From a virus (Duplodnaviria > Caudoviricetes), in the IMG/VR virus record IMGVR_UViG_2645727545_000002, positions 32,001-96,000 of that record: a stretch of DNA of 64,000 bases; one strand, 5' to 3'. Below, in pieces: positions 12,489-23,343 of this stretch (positions are counted from its first letter, which is position 1; each line of letters opens with the position of its first letter). Made by a program: the position numbers and the translations under genes. Under the pieces are notes generated by a model, which made no database searches, was not told the DNA's origin, and was given only the letters and a program-made list of their open reading frames with translations.

Positions 12489-12663
12489 TTACCGCACCTC
12501 TTTTCATTAATATTTTGTATCCTGGACAACTATTTTTCCCACAATCGTAGTTGTCTTTTTTTAATACCCAGCATTTGCATGTCTTTTTTAGTTTTGCTCC
12601 ACATGCAATACAAAAATTATCTTCTTCCTTTATTTTCGTATTTCCACATTTATGACATTTCAT
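12478..12663 (-). CDS. Zinc-ribbon protein
   Basis: CHKCG, FCIACG. Confidence 0.55.
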   Translation of the reverse strand: MKCHKCGNTKIKEEDNFCIACGAKLKKTCKCWVLKKDNYDCGKNSCPGYKILMKRGAVNEI

Positions 12664-12676
12664 CTTGTTCTCCTTC

Positions 12677-13510
12677 TTATTCTTCAAATTCTGTTTCTTC
12701 AGTCACTGTCGAATTATCACAAATTGTTACTACTGTATTTTCATTTGGGATGATGAATACTTCTTCATCACCTAGTTTCCAAAATGAAATTTGTTTACCT
12801 TTTCCGTGTAATAATTCACCATCCCATTCAAGAACATCTGTCGATAATTTAACTTCTCCAGGAAGAAGTGTAATCAATTTTGCTCTCTTTCCTATATAAT
12901 CAATATTCTCCACTATCTGTTCAATTTCCGGATAGATTTCACATACTTTTCTATATATGTCAGGCATAAGTCTTTTTAGTTGATCACAAAACTTTGGAAC
13001 ATATTCTTTCTGATAAGAAGAAATTACTCCACCCATGAGCGCATATGGTTTATATTTAATAAGCTCTACAATGAAGTCAGGTGTAAAATCATCTTTTTTA
13101 ATCATGTCATCATCTACAAAGAAATCACTATTTCGAATTGGATTATTATATCCATTAAGATGCGGTAATCCAAGAAAAACATAATCTCCAATTTCACATA
13201 CAAAATTTAATGATTTTAACGCATATTCAACATCTCCGTATTTTTCCTTATATTCACTTACTAAATATCCGCATTTACGTGCTGCTTTTGTAAAACCTTC
13301 TTTCTTTTCAATTGTGCCGTAAGGACAACTATGTCTCCAAATCCCATTCAGCATCACGCATTTCTTTTTCTTATATGCATTACAATTTTCGCAATTGCTA
13401 CACTTATAAACTGAAACACGTTCTCTGTCACTTTTCCCAGATTTAAAAATGCTGGTTCTCGGATCATAATATGCAAAGTTAATTGGCTTGTACTCTCCTA
13501 TAATAATCAC
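12677..13510 (-). CDS. Hypothetical phage protein
   Basis: 277-aa ORF, Cys cluster near N-terminus. Confidence 0.7.
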   Translation of the reverse strand: MIIIGEYKPINFAYYDPRTSIFKSGKSDRERVSVYKCSNCENCNAYKKKKCVMLNGIWRHSCPYGTIEKKEGFTKAARKCGYLVSEYKEKYGDVEYALKSLNFVCEIGDYVFLGLPHLNGYNNPIRNSDFFVDDDMIKKDDFTPDFIVELIKYKPYALMGGVISSYQKEYVPKFCDQLKRLMPDIYRKVCEIYPEIEQIVENIDYIGKRAKLITLLPGEVKLSTDVLEWDGELLHGKGKQISFWKLGDEEVFIIPNENTVVTICDNSTVTEETEFEE

Positions 13511-13551
13511 TCCCTATCTATATTTAATTTTCTCAATTTGGAAATCAATGC

Positions 13552-13668
13552 TTGACTAAACATGTAAAGATATGTAATATAATAAATGCATTGGATTCCA
13601 AATTATTCAATGTATTTGTGTTTATAGACACACATCGAAGTTTGGTCGCGGAGATGTGTGTCTTTTTT
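13552..13668 (+). ncRNA. Putative small antisense RNA unit A (promoter + two hairpins + terminator)
   Basis: TTGACT-17-TAATAT; hairpin AAATGCATTGGAT/ATTCAATGTATTT; terminator AGACACACATC...GATGTGTGTCT+T run with TTTGGTCG loop. Confidence 0.55.
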
Positions 13669-13674
13669 ATTCAT

Positions 13675-14001
13675 TCATTTTTTATGTTTCATTATGTATC
13701 TTCTTCTGGTTGTTTCTCTCAATGCATGTCCACCATGTAATCTTCTGTAGTTATTTGTGATTCCATATAATGCCCAAAAGAGTTTCTTCCTATTTAAATA
13801 TGTAAGTTCACATGTAAAATGTGGTGTTTTAGAAATATCAAGCTTACCAGTAGGTTCCCGCTCATTAACATCCTTGCTTTCGCCCAATGTCGATACTTCT
13901 GCATTTTCTATATTTATCTTCTTTCCAGTTTTAAGATCTACAAAGCTTGCATTTTGAATTCCACGTATTTCAAAACCACTCATAAATTTATTCTCTTTCA
14001 T
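13675..14001 (-). CDS. Hypothetical protein
   Basis: ORF in operon. Confidence 0.55.
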   Translation of the reverse strand: MKENKFMSGFEIRGIQNASFVDLKTGKKINIENAEVSTLGESKDVNEREPTGKLDISKTPHFTCELTYLNRKKLFWALYGITNNYRRLHGGHALRETTRRRYIMKHKK

Positions 14002-14587
14002 TATTTAAAATTTCTTTCAATGTTACTGGTGTATAATTCCACAACATACACCCTACATTTTTTGCTACGCACTTAATTTCATATTCACTGTTTAGTTTTT
14101 TGATATACTCTTGATAATAATCTTCTTCTATAGAATTATGTACATGTCCATATAAGTGAACAGACCACACTTTATGCTCTTTTCCATTTCTTCTGTAATG
14201 ATGCTGATGATTCCAAAAAGCCAATGGAAAGTGAGACATTACGACATGATGCTCTTTTCCGTCAATCATATCTTTCGCTTCTTTATAATTTGCTATTTCT
14301 ACAAATAACTGTTTATATCTTTGATCTGTTGCTTTATCGTGATTGCCAAGAATTAGATGTTTATTACCACGCAATGTACTAACAAGTTTAATCGCATCTT
14401 CGTTTTCCTTCCATGCCAAATCTCCTAAAATATACACATGATCCGCATTTGTAACTTTTGAATTCCAATTTTCCTTAATCACTTTATGCATTTCTTCCAA
14501 TGTATCAAATGGTCTATTGTCAAAATTAGAACCTTCATTCGTCACATTCTTATGGAATAAATGTAAATCACTAATATAATAATTCAC
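13988..14587 (-). CDS. Calcineurin-like metallophosphoesterase
   Basis: SDLH, ILGD, GNHD, SHFP, GHVH. Confidence 0.88.
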   Translation of the reverse strand: MNYYISDLHLFHKNVTNEGSNFDNRPFDTLEEMHKVIKENWNSKVTNADHVYILGDLAWKENEDAIKLVSTLRGNKHLILGNHDKATDQRYKQLFVEIANYKEAKDMIDGKEHHVVMSHFPLAFWNHQHHYRRNGKEHKVWSVHLYGHVHNSIEEDYYQEYIKKLNSEYEIKCVAKNVGCMLWNYTPVTLKEILNNERE

Positions 14588-14597
14588 TTTTTCACCT

Positions 14598-14942
14598 CTA
14601 TTCTTCTTGAAATTTCAATGTTCTTCCAACAAACCGTTTTAGTCGTTCATTGATGTCTTCAGAAAAACATCTACTCTTAGATATTACATCATCATAAATA
14701 CAACATTCAGTAATTACATTTTCGTCGTCAAACTGAATGCATCCAATTGTTGATCTTGGCATACGAATCGCTATTGTATTATTGCACCAGCTTCTGCAGT
14801 CATATATGTAACATCTAAAATAATGATTAAACTTACCATAATTTTTCCTAATGTATTCATCCAGATATTCCGTAATTTCGCACCAGTATTCTACATCAAT
14901 TATATTCGGCTCTCTTTTACTTAAAACAATTACATTCATCAT
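14598..14942 (-). CDS. Hypothetical protein
   Basis: ORF with RBS. Confidence 0.55.
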   Translation of the reverse strand: MMNVIVLSKREPNIIDVEYWCEITEYLDEYIRKNYGKFNHYFRCYIYDCRSWCNNTIAIRMPRSTIGCIQFDDENVITECCIYDDVISKSRCFSEDINERLKRFVGRTLKFQEE

Positions 14943-15365
14943 TCCATTTCCTCATTTGTAAATGTAATCAAGTAATCATTTTGCATACATCTCTTGCCAC
15001 AATTACAATGTTTATCTCATTATTATCTTTGCAATACAAGATTCTGCTATCTTTTCTGCAGATCTTAGCAGTTTTATCAATAACATATCTGATCACGTCG
15101 TCAACTCTTTCCTGAGACATATCCCAATTTCCTTCAAATATGGTTCCTGCCAACAATTTTGATACAATCCATAGCAACAATAGCTCCATTCAGCCATACA
15201 CGAATGCTTGTATTGCTTTAGTAATTTATGTAATGTATTTTTTGATAAATGCTTAAACTCATAGTCACGATTAAAATCCTTTGAATACTGATCTTTTGCA
15301 TGTAAAAGTAGTTTATACCTGTCTTTTTTCTTCATTATTTCTCCTTTTGAAATCACAGTTTCATA

Positions 15366-15848
15366 TTAAAAATATAATTTTGGAATATGTTTATATTCTT
15401 TAACAACATCTGCATATCCTAAATCAGATAACAATTTTAATAGTGTATTATCCGCATATTCATGATAATTTATTGATCTACATTCTTTTAATATCTCCAC
15501 ATATTTATCAGATAACCCCTGTACAAAAGTAGACTTTTTATTTTTACTAAAATGCTCTGTTTCATAATCAAAAATCCATTCCCCAATTTCGGTAATGTCA
15601 TTGTATGAATAAAATCCTAAATAGTCTGCGGCATATTGTAAATCAGACAACTCTTCTTCTGAATGAAGAATAATTTTTTCACAATTATTATATGTATCTT
15701 CATCCATTAGATCTGTCATTTTTTCTCCGTCTTTATTGTACGCTTCAATTGTTTGAAGATGTGGATGTTTCAACTCAAATTCATGATGTTCGCATTCATA
15801 CTCATCTTCAAACTGTTTTCCATCGTCTGCAATATATACTGTTCTCAT
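15366..15848 (-). CDS. Hypothetical phage protein
   Basis: YIADDGKQFEDEYEC phage motif. Confidence 0.65.
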   Translation of the reverse strand: MRTVYIADDGKQFEDEYECEHHEFELKHPHLQTIEAYNKDGEKMTDLMDEDTYNNCEKIILHSEEELSDLQYAADYLGFYSYNDITEIGEWIFDYETEHFSKNKKSTFVQGLSDKYVEILKECRSINYHEYADNTLLKLLSDLGYADVVKEYKHIPKLYF

Positions 15849-15880
15849 ATTTAATCTACTCCATTATTTTATTTTTGTTA

Positions 15881-16636
15881 TCAACTTTTATCACTCTCGT
15901 GTTTAAAACTAAACGACGGCATCATTTGCAATTTAAACAAATTCTTTTCGTGCATCTGGTCAATTTTCTTCTTTAATTGTTTATCATCAATTAGACCTGT
16001 TCTGATATATTTATCGAGAACTTCATATGTAAATCCTAAATTATCTTCATCTGTTTTATCGCAAAGACCGTCTGATGGAATTTTCTCAATGAACTCTTTC
16101 GGAAGTCCAAGTGCATATCCGACTTCTTTAACTTCTGTAACAGTCAGATTAGACAATGGGCTGAAATCACCAACACTATCTCCCCATCTCGTACTATATC
16201 CAATCCAATCTTCAGATAAATTACATGTATTTGCAACTCTTCCATTTACAGTCTGAGACACGGCATACAATGTAGCCATTCTAACTCGCGCTGGTAGATT
16301 GATAGAAGACTGTTTGCTCCAGTGATCATTTAATTCGGGCTTCACTTCATGCTTAATATCACGCACTGCATTAAAAATATTTACTTCAATACTTTCAATT
16401 CCGAGATGACTAACAACTTTCTTCGCGACGTCAATATCCTTTTGTTCCCCGTTTGGCATAAGAACACCCAATACTCTTTCTTTTCCTAGAGCTTCAACGC
16501 AGAGTGCAGCAACAATCGTCGAATCCTTCCCTCCTGAAATACCAACAACTGCTTTACATCCACGACCATTCTCTTTAAAGAATTTTTGAATCCATTCAAT
16601 AATTGCAGTTTTAACTTCATTTGCATTAAAATTCAT
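15881..16636 (-). CDS. nadE: NH3-dependent NAD+ synthetase
   Basis: VVGISGGKDS, NLPARVRM, NLSE..GYST..GD, PSDGL, TDEDNLG. Confidence 0.92.
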   Translation of the reverse strand: MNFNANEVKTAIIEWIQKFFKENGRGCKAVVGISGGKDSTIVAALCVEALGKERVLGVLMPNGEQKDIDVAKKVVSHLGIESIEVNIFNAVRDIKHEVKPELNDHWSKQSSINLPARVRMATLYAVSQTVNGRVANTCNLSEDWIGYSTRWGDSVGDFSPLSNLTVTEVKEVGYALGLPKEFIEKIPSDGLCDKTDEDNLGFTYEVLDKYIRTGLIDDKQLKKKIDQMHEKNLFKLQMMPSFSFKHESDKS

Positions 16637-16637
16637 T

Positions 16638-17155
16638 TCAATCTCGCCTCTCTTTCCCTAATCTCCATAATTCCACATCACAGTTTGAAAAAATTTCTTC
16701 AATCATTTTATAAACATCATCCCCAATTTGCGCCACCACGACAGCATCCAATTTTATATGGCATTGCAATTTTATTTCCATAATGACCATTCTTTAGGAA
16801 TGTCAAAATCTTCAATGATTGCATGCATTTCCTTAATGCATTAATATTTGTGTACTGTTTACCATCATATCCATAATTGTTTTGGGCGAACATGTTACAT
16901 ATAAATTGTTCGCTCTGAGGAATTATAATGCTACCAGTGTCATAACCATTCCATCTGCTATTAATAGGAACAACTTGAATTTTTCCAATCATTTCTTCTG
17001 AACATACTTTTATGTACTCATTATATACATTTGGATATTTCTTCTTAATCTGAAGTGCAACTCCTGATCCCATTTTTCTTTTGACAGTTTACCTGGTGCG
17101 CGATGATTCGAGCATCTGATTGGAACAAATCTCCATTGATAATTTTTATAGGCAT
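16638..17155 (-). CDS. Macrodomain ADP-ribose-processing protein (frameshifted)
   Basis: MPIKIINGDLF..IAHQVNC, then MGSGVALQIK, IAMPYKIGCCRGGANW. Confidence 0.85.
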
Positions 17156-18638
17156 TAAAATTCACCTCCATGTAGTCTGTCTCTGATTTCTTTTAACGAT
17201 TGTTCTTTTAATAACTCTCCGTCTTTAAATACCGGAATTAACATATTCACGCGTTTTTCATAATCAGCAGCCTGTTCCCATGTAAGCTCGTCCTCATAAT
17301 AAATGCTTCCATCGCATCGGTATATACTCTACAACATCCTTTCTGGGATTTCTTAAATCCTCCATCTTTTGGATTTTTAAAAATTGGGAATGGCTTGCCG
17401 TCAATTTCACAATATGTTGCTTTAATACATGAACTGAAAGTATCTCTTGTAAATGGTTTTAAAAATCCATCTTCTTCGATGCACTGAAATGAAAACGATC
17501 CAACGCCTAACGCCACATTTGAACATGCAAATCCGTTTTCCATGAGAATTTTGTAAATTTCTTCACATCTTTGTACTGTAATTGAATCACCATAAATTGC
17601 TTTTACATGTGGATCAAGCACTTTATACCCCTTGCTATTAACTGTTCCGCCGAATTCTTCCCATAATTTAAATACAGTTTTTGTTACAACTTCTACACAA
17701 TCTCCAGAATCTCCGCGCATTAACATGCATCCGTTATGATTCATAATTTCTGTTTTTAACTGAGGAAGAATATTATCGATGATATTCCAATAATCATAAG
17801 AGTCAAGAACTGCTGAAAAACTTGTGTTTGGATAGATTTCGGTAAGTAATCTTCTTAATAATGTAATCTCATCTCCATCGACTGCATAATTACTACACAT
17901 TACGGAATGCTCTGTACTAGGACTCCCATATGCAACAGATTCTTTTGTACAATCACAAAAATAATTCTTCTCAAGATAAGGAATAGTTGGAACGGTTGCC
18001 GTATTTAAAAATGATAAGCACCACCCAGCTCCTGCTTTTACCGCTGATTCTAAACACTCTTCTCCCCGGAAGTCAAATGCACCAAGGGCTTTTGATCTTG
18101 GAATATTATCTTCACAAGTTAAATCATAATAGTGATTAACAATTCCACGGTATGTCATTCCTACTGTTGCTGCCAACATTGGATGCCACATTTCTGCTGA
18201 GATAAGACTTTCTAAACTCTGAGGCAACCATGCAAAATCTTTATGTGTATTTGTAATACCAAACATAGGCACATGCATTGGAACAATTGTACCTTCTGGC
18301 AATGCAACAATCTCAATTGGCAAATATCCCAATTTATGTAGACTCTCAATCTTGTCAATTTTATACGCATCTTTCCCAAGTGATGCATCCATAATTCTTT
18401 TATATTCATAAATAATTTCTTCAAAAGGCTTATCAAAGAACTCTTCATTGAAATAATCAATCAGATACGTTTTAATAAACCCCTGTAATCCAAACATTAC
18501 TACTTTATCCCATCGTTTTACACGACTCATTCTAGGAGTAAAATAGGAAACTGATTTTGTAATATTTTTAGGCAGCATTTCTGCATGAACCGCTTTATAA
18601 AAGTCAATTAATAACATTGGACTTGTCTTATTCGTCAT
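17155..18638 (-). CDS. NAMPT/NAPRT-family phosphoribosyltransferase (Namat-like); C-terminal frameshift
   Basis: IDFYK, FDFRG, STEHS (phospho-His), VLDSYD, RGDSGD, IYGDS, KKSQKG; other frame gives VFKDGELLKEQSL. Confidence 0.9.
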
Positions 18639-19443
18639 ATTCAAATACCTCTACTTTCTCATGTTCTTTTGTAAAAATACTATTTGTCGTGAACACTCTG
18701 TCTATCAATCCACTACTCAATACTTCTCCTTCGAGAATTGTATTTTCACAATGAGATACATATAGATAAATTTCTTTTGCACCAAGTTCTTTTAGCTTCT
18801 TTGAACTATGATAGAATGTACCACCACGACTTGAAATATCGTCTACAATTAAAATCTTTCTGTCTTTTATTAATTCTGTCATACCTGAAACATCTAACCC
18901 TTTAATTTCTCCTGTTTCCCAGTCACGCTTTTTAATGCCAAAAACATATGGAAGATCAAACATTGTAGAATAACGTTTCATAGCTCCTTCATCCGGAAAG
19001 AACATTGTAAGATTATTTGTGCCACCGATGTATTTGCTTTCGATTGCTTCCCACACATACTTGTCCGGATGCTTAATTACGATTTTATCAATAAGAGCTT
19101 CGCTTACAGATGAATGTGGATCTAATACTGTTACAGAATCAAAATTCAGCCAATTAATAACTTCTGCAAAATACTTTAATGTAAATACATCTTCTGTTGT
19201 TTTAACACGATCTTGACGACTGTTTGGAATATATGGCATATTCAAGTACAAATTTGTAATACCGTGAGAATTAAGATGTTTGACAATATAAATCAATGTC
19301 ACCAATTCTTCATTATCCTCAAACAACCAGGTAATAGTTGCTTCTCTGTAATTTTTAAAATCATAAGGAACATCCTCTTTGAGCAAGAGAGTTCCATCTG
19401 GAAACTTCTTTACATTTAATACCTCTCCATTAATTTTTATCAT
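18628..19443 (-). CDS. Ribose-phosphate pyrophosphokinase-like protein (Prs/Adps-like)
   Basis: FPDG, MPYIPNSRQDR, LDPHS, FPDEGA, IVDDISSRGGTF. Confidence 0.9.
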   Translation of the reverse strand: MIKINGEVLNVKKFPDGTLLLKEDVPYDFKNYREATITWLFEDNEELVTLIYIVKHLNSHGITNLYLNMPYIPNSRQDRVKTTEDVFTLKYFAEVINWLNFDSVTVLDPHSSVSEALIDKIVIKHPDKYVWEAIESKYIGGTNNLTMFFPDEGAMKRYSTMFDLPYVFGIKKRDWETGEIKGLDVSGMTELIKDRKILIVDDISSRGGTFYHSSKKLKELGAKEIYLYVSHCENTILEGEVLSSGLIDRVFTTNSIFTKEHEKVEVFEYDE

Positions 19444-19974
19444 AAGAATTTTCTCCAATCACATTAATCTGGCAAGATTTCATTACTTCTAATGCAGCTC
19501 TATGCTTTTCAGGAGCGACACCAGCACAGCACGACGCATCAACTGTAATTTCCATTTCTGGCACCCATGCTTTAATTAACAGAGCATTCGACACTACACA
19601 AATATCAGTACATACACCAACAAGTTCAACGCTATCATAATCATTACTAGAAAAACCACCCTGGATACATTCTGCAAGGTAATTACTTCCAAATCTATCT
19701 TTATTAATTACGTGTTTTGCGTAAGATTTTAATTCATCTACAATTTCCCATCCATTTGTTCCAATAATACAATGCTCTACAGGCAATTTTTTACCTTCCT
19801 GTGTATCTAAATAATCGTCCCAATGTGTATCTTTTGTAAAGAAAACTGCGTCCCCATTTTTTAAATATTCCTCAACTTTACATTTCACATTCGGAACAAT
19901 CTCCAGGGCTTCTTTTGTTCCGAGACTTCCTGTAACAAAATCATTTTGCATATCTACTACAACTAAAACTTCAT
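19430..19974 (-). CDS. pncA: Nicotinamidase/isochorismatase-family cysteine hydrolase
   Basis: VVVDMQNDF (start shifted), KDTH, PVEHC, K..FGS, GVCTDICV. Confidence 0.8.
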
Positions 19975-19979
19975 ATACA

Positions 19980-20261
19980 CTATTCTCCTTCTATTAATTC
20001 TAAACACTCTTTCAGAAAATTTCTCACTCTATCATGTCCATTTTCGCAATATATACCTGTATAACATACCGGCTTATTCCAGAACGCCATCCATGCTCTT
20101 TTAAATCTTCCAATAACTCCTTTAAAATCTCCACCACAATATGAATCCTCAAAAGAGATTTCAAAATCAGTTGAATTTTTCATTGTATACTTAGAAAATA
20201 CAACTGATTCTGCATTATCGTCACATCTAATTGTGACTGTTTTTACATTGTCTTTCTTCAT
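19980..20261 (-). CDS. Hypothetical protein
   Basis: ORF in operon. Confidence 0.55.
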   Translation of the reverse strand: MKKDNVKTVTIRCDDNAESVVFSKYTMKNSTDFEISFEDSYCGGDFKGVIGRFKRAWMAFWNKPVCYTGIYCENGHDRVRNFLKECLELIEGE

Positions 20262-20484
20262 ATATTAGTTCTCTCTTTCTACGTTTGAAATTCTGCTTTC
20301 ATTATTTAACTAAGTTATCAATATTTACAGAAAATCCATCAAACTTTCCTGTTAATAAATATTTCTTTGTATCAAAAACATTATTTTCTTTTCTGATAGC
20401 CCCATAGAAACACCATTATCTATCAATGATTTTCTCAATAAATCCAGAACAATTTGCAACTGCTCTTTTGTATCTTCTGACATG

Positions 20485-20940
20485 TTATTCCTTTCTCATA
20501 GGTTCTGGTAGTGGCTGCCATGCTACAACCTTTTCATACCCCAATTCATCATTTGTTTTAAACACCGTATCAACGAATCCTAAACTTGTCGAATCGTAAA
20601 TATCATGCCAAAATCCAAATCCATATTCACTATCATACTGGCAGAACATCGGCAAATCCTCTTCGTGATTTTCGACAATACACATATAGAATCTCATATC
20701 ATCATCTTCCGGCAATTTCTCGCTTACCGGAATCCAACCGTCATTTTTCTTCCCATCTTCATATCCTTGCATATAAAATTTTCTTCGGCTGCATTCTCTG
20801 CACTTCGGAACATCGCCCATATGAGAACGGATAATGTCTTTTGCCCAACCAACACTTACATAATCATCACACATTCCGAATGATTTAAACTCTATCGCAT
20901 GATCTTCAATCTCTTCCAAGATCTTCTCTAGTACGTTCAT
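20485..20940 (-). CDS. DUF551-domain protein
   Basis: GWIPVSEKLP...VVAWQPLPEP. Confidence 0.75.
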   Translation of the reverse strand: MNVLEKILEEIEDHAIEFKSFGMCDDYVSVGWAKDIIRSHMGDVPKCRECSRRKFYMQGYEDGKKNDGWIPVSEKLPEDDDMRFYMCIVENHEEDLPMFCQYDSEYGFGFWHDIYDSTSLGFVDTVFKTNDELGYEKVVAWQPLPEPMRKE

Positions 20941-21128
20941 TCCACATTCTCCTTATCTGCATACTTCTCCACAATATCTACTGCACAAGTCAGCCCATAA
21001 AGATAGCTTTCCAGCTCTTCTGCTGTTTTGCTCGCTCCATGTCTTTTCTTTTCTTCCTTCAGTGTTTCGTAGGCGTCATTTTTCATGGATTCGATTTCTT
21101 CCACGATTTTCTCTAATGCGTTCATCAC
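20937..21128 (-). CDS. Hypothetical phage protein
   Basis: Overlapping stop/start with neighbours. Confidence 0.55.
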   Translation of the reverse strand: MMNALEKIVEEIESMKNDAYETLKEEKKRHGASKTAEELESYLYGLTCAVDIVEKYADKENVE

Positions 21129-21580
21129 TCCACCTCCAACAGCTCTGGATTGTCAAAAATGTTTCCGTTAACTTCCGTTCTATTTGGATTCCGATTATAT
21201 TTAAAAACATCGTTATTGGTGCATTTTTTATTTCCTCGTCCACATACTGCCCATGATCCCCTCCATTCGCTCCAAAACACAGCACCTGCACGATATTTTA
21301 TCTCTTCGCCATCTTTTAAAAACGGACTTCCATCATAGTCATAGCTATATCTAAGAATATCATTCTCCCAGATCTTCTTACCATTCTTGTCGGTAAGTCC
21401 TGTGTATTGGCAGAGGGTGTCAGGATCAATCAAGTCATTAAATATATTAGTTCCGTTACAAATCAGATGTTTTATCGGCTTGCCATCTTCTGTTAGTGGA
21501 TTGGTAATATATACGTACTGACCTTCTACCCATTCACCGTTATCTTTTCTCTTTGCTTTAAAAAGGATTTCTCTACTCAT
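21125..21580 (-). CDS. YopX-family protein
   Basis: REILFKAKRKDNGEWVEG, CQYTGLTDKNGKKIWENDI, GNIFDNPELL. Confidence 0.88.
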   Translation of the reverse strand: MSREILFKAKRKDNGEWVEGQYVYITNPLTEDGKPIKHLICNGTNIFNDLIDPDTLCQYTGLTDKNGKKIWENDILRYSYDYDGSPFLKDGEEIKYRAGAVFWSEWRGSWAVCGRGNKKCTNNDVFKYNRNPNRTEVNGNIFDNPELLEVE

Positions 21581-21736
21581 CTTCCTTTCCTCTGTTCTGT
21601 CGCATCTGCTCTATGTAAATATTTGTGGCGCATCTTACAATCTCTGATTTCACTCCATCGTAAACAGTTCCTTGTATAAAATGTTTGTCACACGATCTTT
21701 TAATCATGTATAGGATATCTTCAAATGCCTGTTCTT

Positions 21737-21916
21737 TCATTCTTCCACTCTCCTATTCCACATTCCCCTAGCCGTAGCTTCTAAAGCACAATTTCGTGTT
21801 GCAACTCCGCATTCTTTGCAGTACACAAAAGTTGATATAACTTTTCCATCAAATCCGTAATTGATTTTCAGCATTGCTTCTCCACCACAAAATGGGCATT
21901 TCTTTAATTCTTCCAT
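21737..21916 (-). CDS. Lar-family restriction-alleviation-like zinc protein
   Basis: LKKCPFCGGEA...CKECG...WNRR. Confidence 0.7.
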   Translation of the reverse strand: MEELKKCPFCGGEAMLKINYGFDGKVISTFVYCKECGVATRNCALEATARGMWNRRVEE

Positions 21917-21917
21917 G

Positions 21918-22259
21918 TTACTCACTCCAATCTAATCTCTGTCCACAATGATTGCAGCAATCAGAATCCCAATAACAAAACATTTCTATATCTGCCATAT
22001 TTCCAAACAGTCTTTTGCATCTAGGACACGACGCTTGTCCATTCCAGTTTTCTACTTTTTTCGGCAACTGCTTTTCCAGTGCTTTGATTGCTGTTTCATA
22101 CAACCCAATTGCCAAATCCAATGTTTCATTATGTACAGGATTGCAATATTCATCGTATTCTTTTTGTGCATCTAATGTGCGAATTTTTCTTTGCAGAAAC
22201 TCTATCGCTTCTTTAACTTTCTTTTCGTCCACTTTCTGCACCCTTTCTAACCCTAACAA
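21918..22259 (-). CDS. Hypothetical zinc-ribbon phage protein
   Basis: AIKALEKQLPKK, CPRC, CNHCGQRLDWS. Confidence 0.7.
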   Translation of the reverse strand: MLGLERVQKVDEKKVKEAIEFLQRKIRTLDAQKEYDEYCNPVHNETLDLAIGLYETAIKALEKQLPKKVENWNGQASCPRCKRLFGNMADIEMFCYWDSDCCNHCGQRLDWSE

Positions 22260-22410
22260 CCTCTTTGTCTGTCTCTTTTACTACTCTTCCACTTGCACAT
22301 TTCACACATTTTATTCTCCAACCGCCATTGTGTCTTTCAAAGTGTCCAAATCCAGGTTCTATCCATTGACCACAACAATAACAACGCCCTGCATATTTAT
22401 TTCTTGCCAT
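22213..22410 (-). CDS. Hypothetical zinc-finger protein
   Basis: RNKYAGRCYCCG. Confidence 0.55.
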   Translation of the reverse strand: MARNKYAGRCYCCGQWIEPGFGHFERHNGGWRIKCVKCASGRVVKETDKEVVRVRKGAESGRKES

Positions 22411-22476
22411 CTTCCATCACCAAAATCCCTTCATCAATCAAATTATTTACTGTTTTCAACAAGTCTTCCTGTACTT

Positions 22477-22794
22477 TTAAATCATTTTCGTGCTCGATAT
22501 CTTCAGATCTAAAAACTTGTTAAATTTATAAGTACTCATTCCTCCCAAACAATTACAATAAACACGAATTCTACTATTGTAATATGGCTTATCATATATA
22601 CCTATCCAAAACTCGTTATCAGTGCCGTACTGTATATCTTTATCAGTCCCAACCGTTCCACTAATACACCATGCATTGATAACATTATTTCTCCAAAATA
22701 AAGGTTCCTTAATTTGGGACTCATCACCAACTTTGAGTTTTTTAATTTTCTTCATTGTTAAGTTGTATTTATTTTCTACTTTAGTTTTCCTCAT
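22477..22794 (-). CDS. Hypothetical protein (probably shifted near C-terminus)
   Basis: ORF in operon. Confidence 0.5.
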   Translation of the reverse strand: MRKTKVENKYNLTMKKIKKLKVGDESQIKEPLFWRNNVINAWCISGTVGTDKDIQYGTDNEFWIGIYDKPYYNSRIRVYCNCLGGMSTYKFNKFLDLKISSTKMI

Positions 22795-22941
22795 TGCTTT
22801 TCCCTATTCGTAGGTTTCCCACCTAACAAATTTCCGTCTTCGTCTCTGTCATATTTCCATATCAAATAATCACACCAATTATCATTGTTAAAATCGCTCA
22901 TGTTGTAAAACGGATCTGGATTATCTATAACATATTCTTTT

Positions 22942-23343
22942 TCAAATTCCTTTAATTTTCACATTTACATCATCTACAATGATTCTTTTCGATAATCTAC
23001 AAATCCACTTCACAAATTCTTTAAAAGTTTCTTCAAACCATCTATCGCGCAATGCAGCGTCTACTACGAGGATATATTCATCTTGCATTTGTAACGATCC
23101 TCGTTTTCGACTTCTGTCTCCAAATCTATCTCTTAAGTTATTTGTTCTCTCAAGAAATTCGTCAGAAAAACTTGAACAATTATGTCCTCTTTTTTGAATC
23201 ACATATACTTCCATATCTCTTTCTGACCCTGTTACGACAGGAAGATGATCGAGTACGGTTTCAAGAATATATCTCTTTTCATGTTGTGTCCTACCTAGAG
23301 GAGAAACAACAATTGTTCCATGTACATATGTCCAACTGCTCAT
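22942..23343 (-). CDS. Hypothetical phage protein
   Basis: MSSWTYVHG..LPVVTGSE..LRDR motif. Confidence 0.6.
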   Translation of the reverse strand: MSSWTYVHGTIVVSPLGRTQHEKRYILETVLDHLPVVTGSERDMEVYVIQKRGHNCSSFSDEFLERTNNLRDRFGDRSRKRGSLQMQDEYILVVDAALRDRWFEETFKEFVKWICRLSKRIIVDDVNVKIKGI

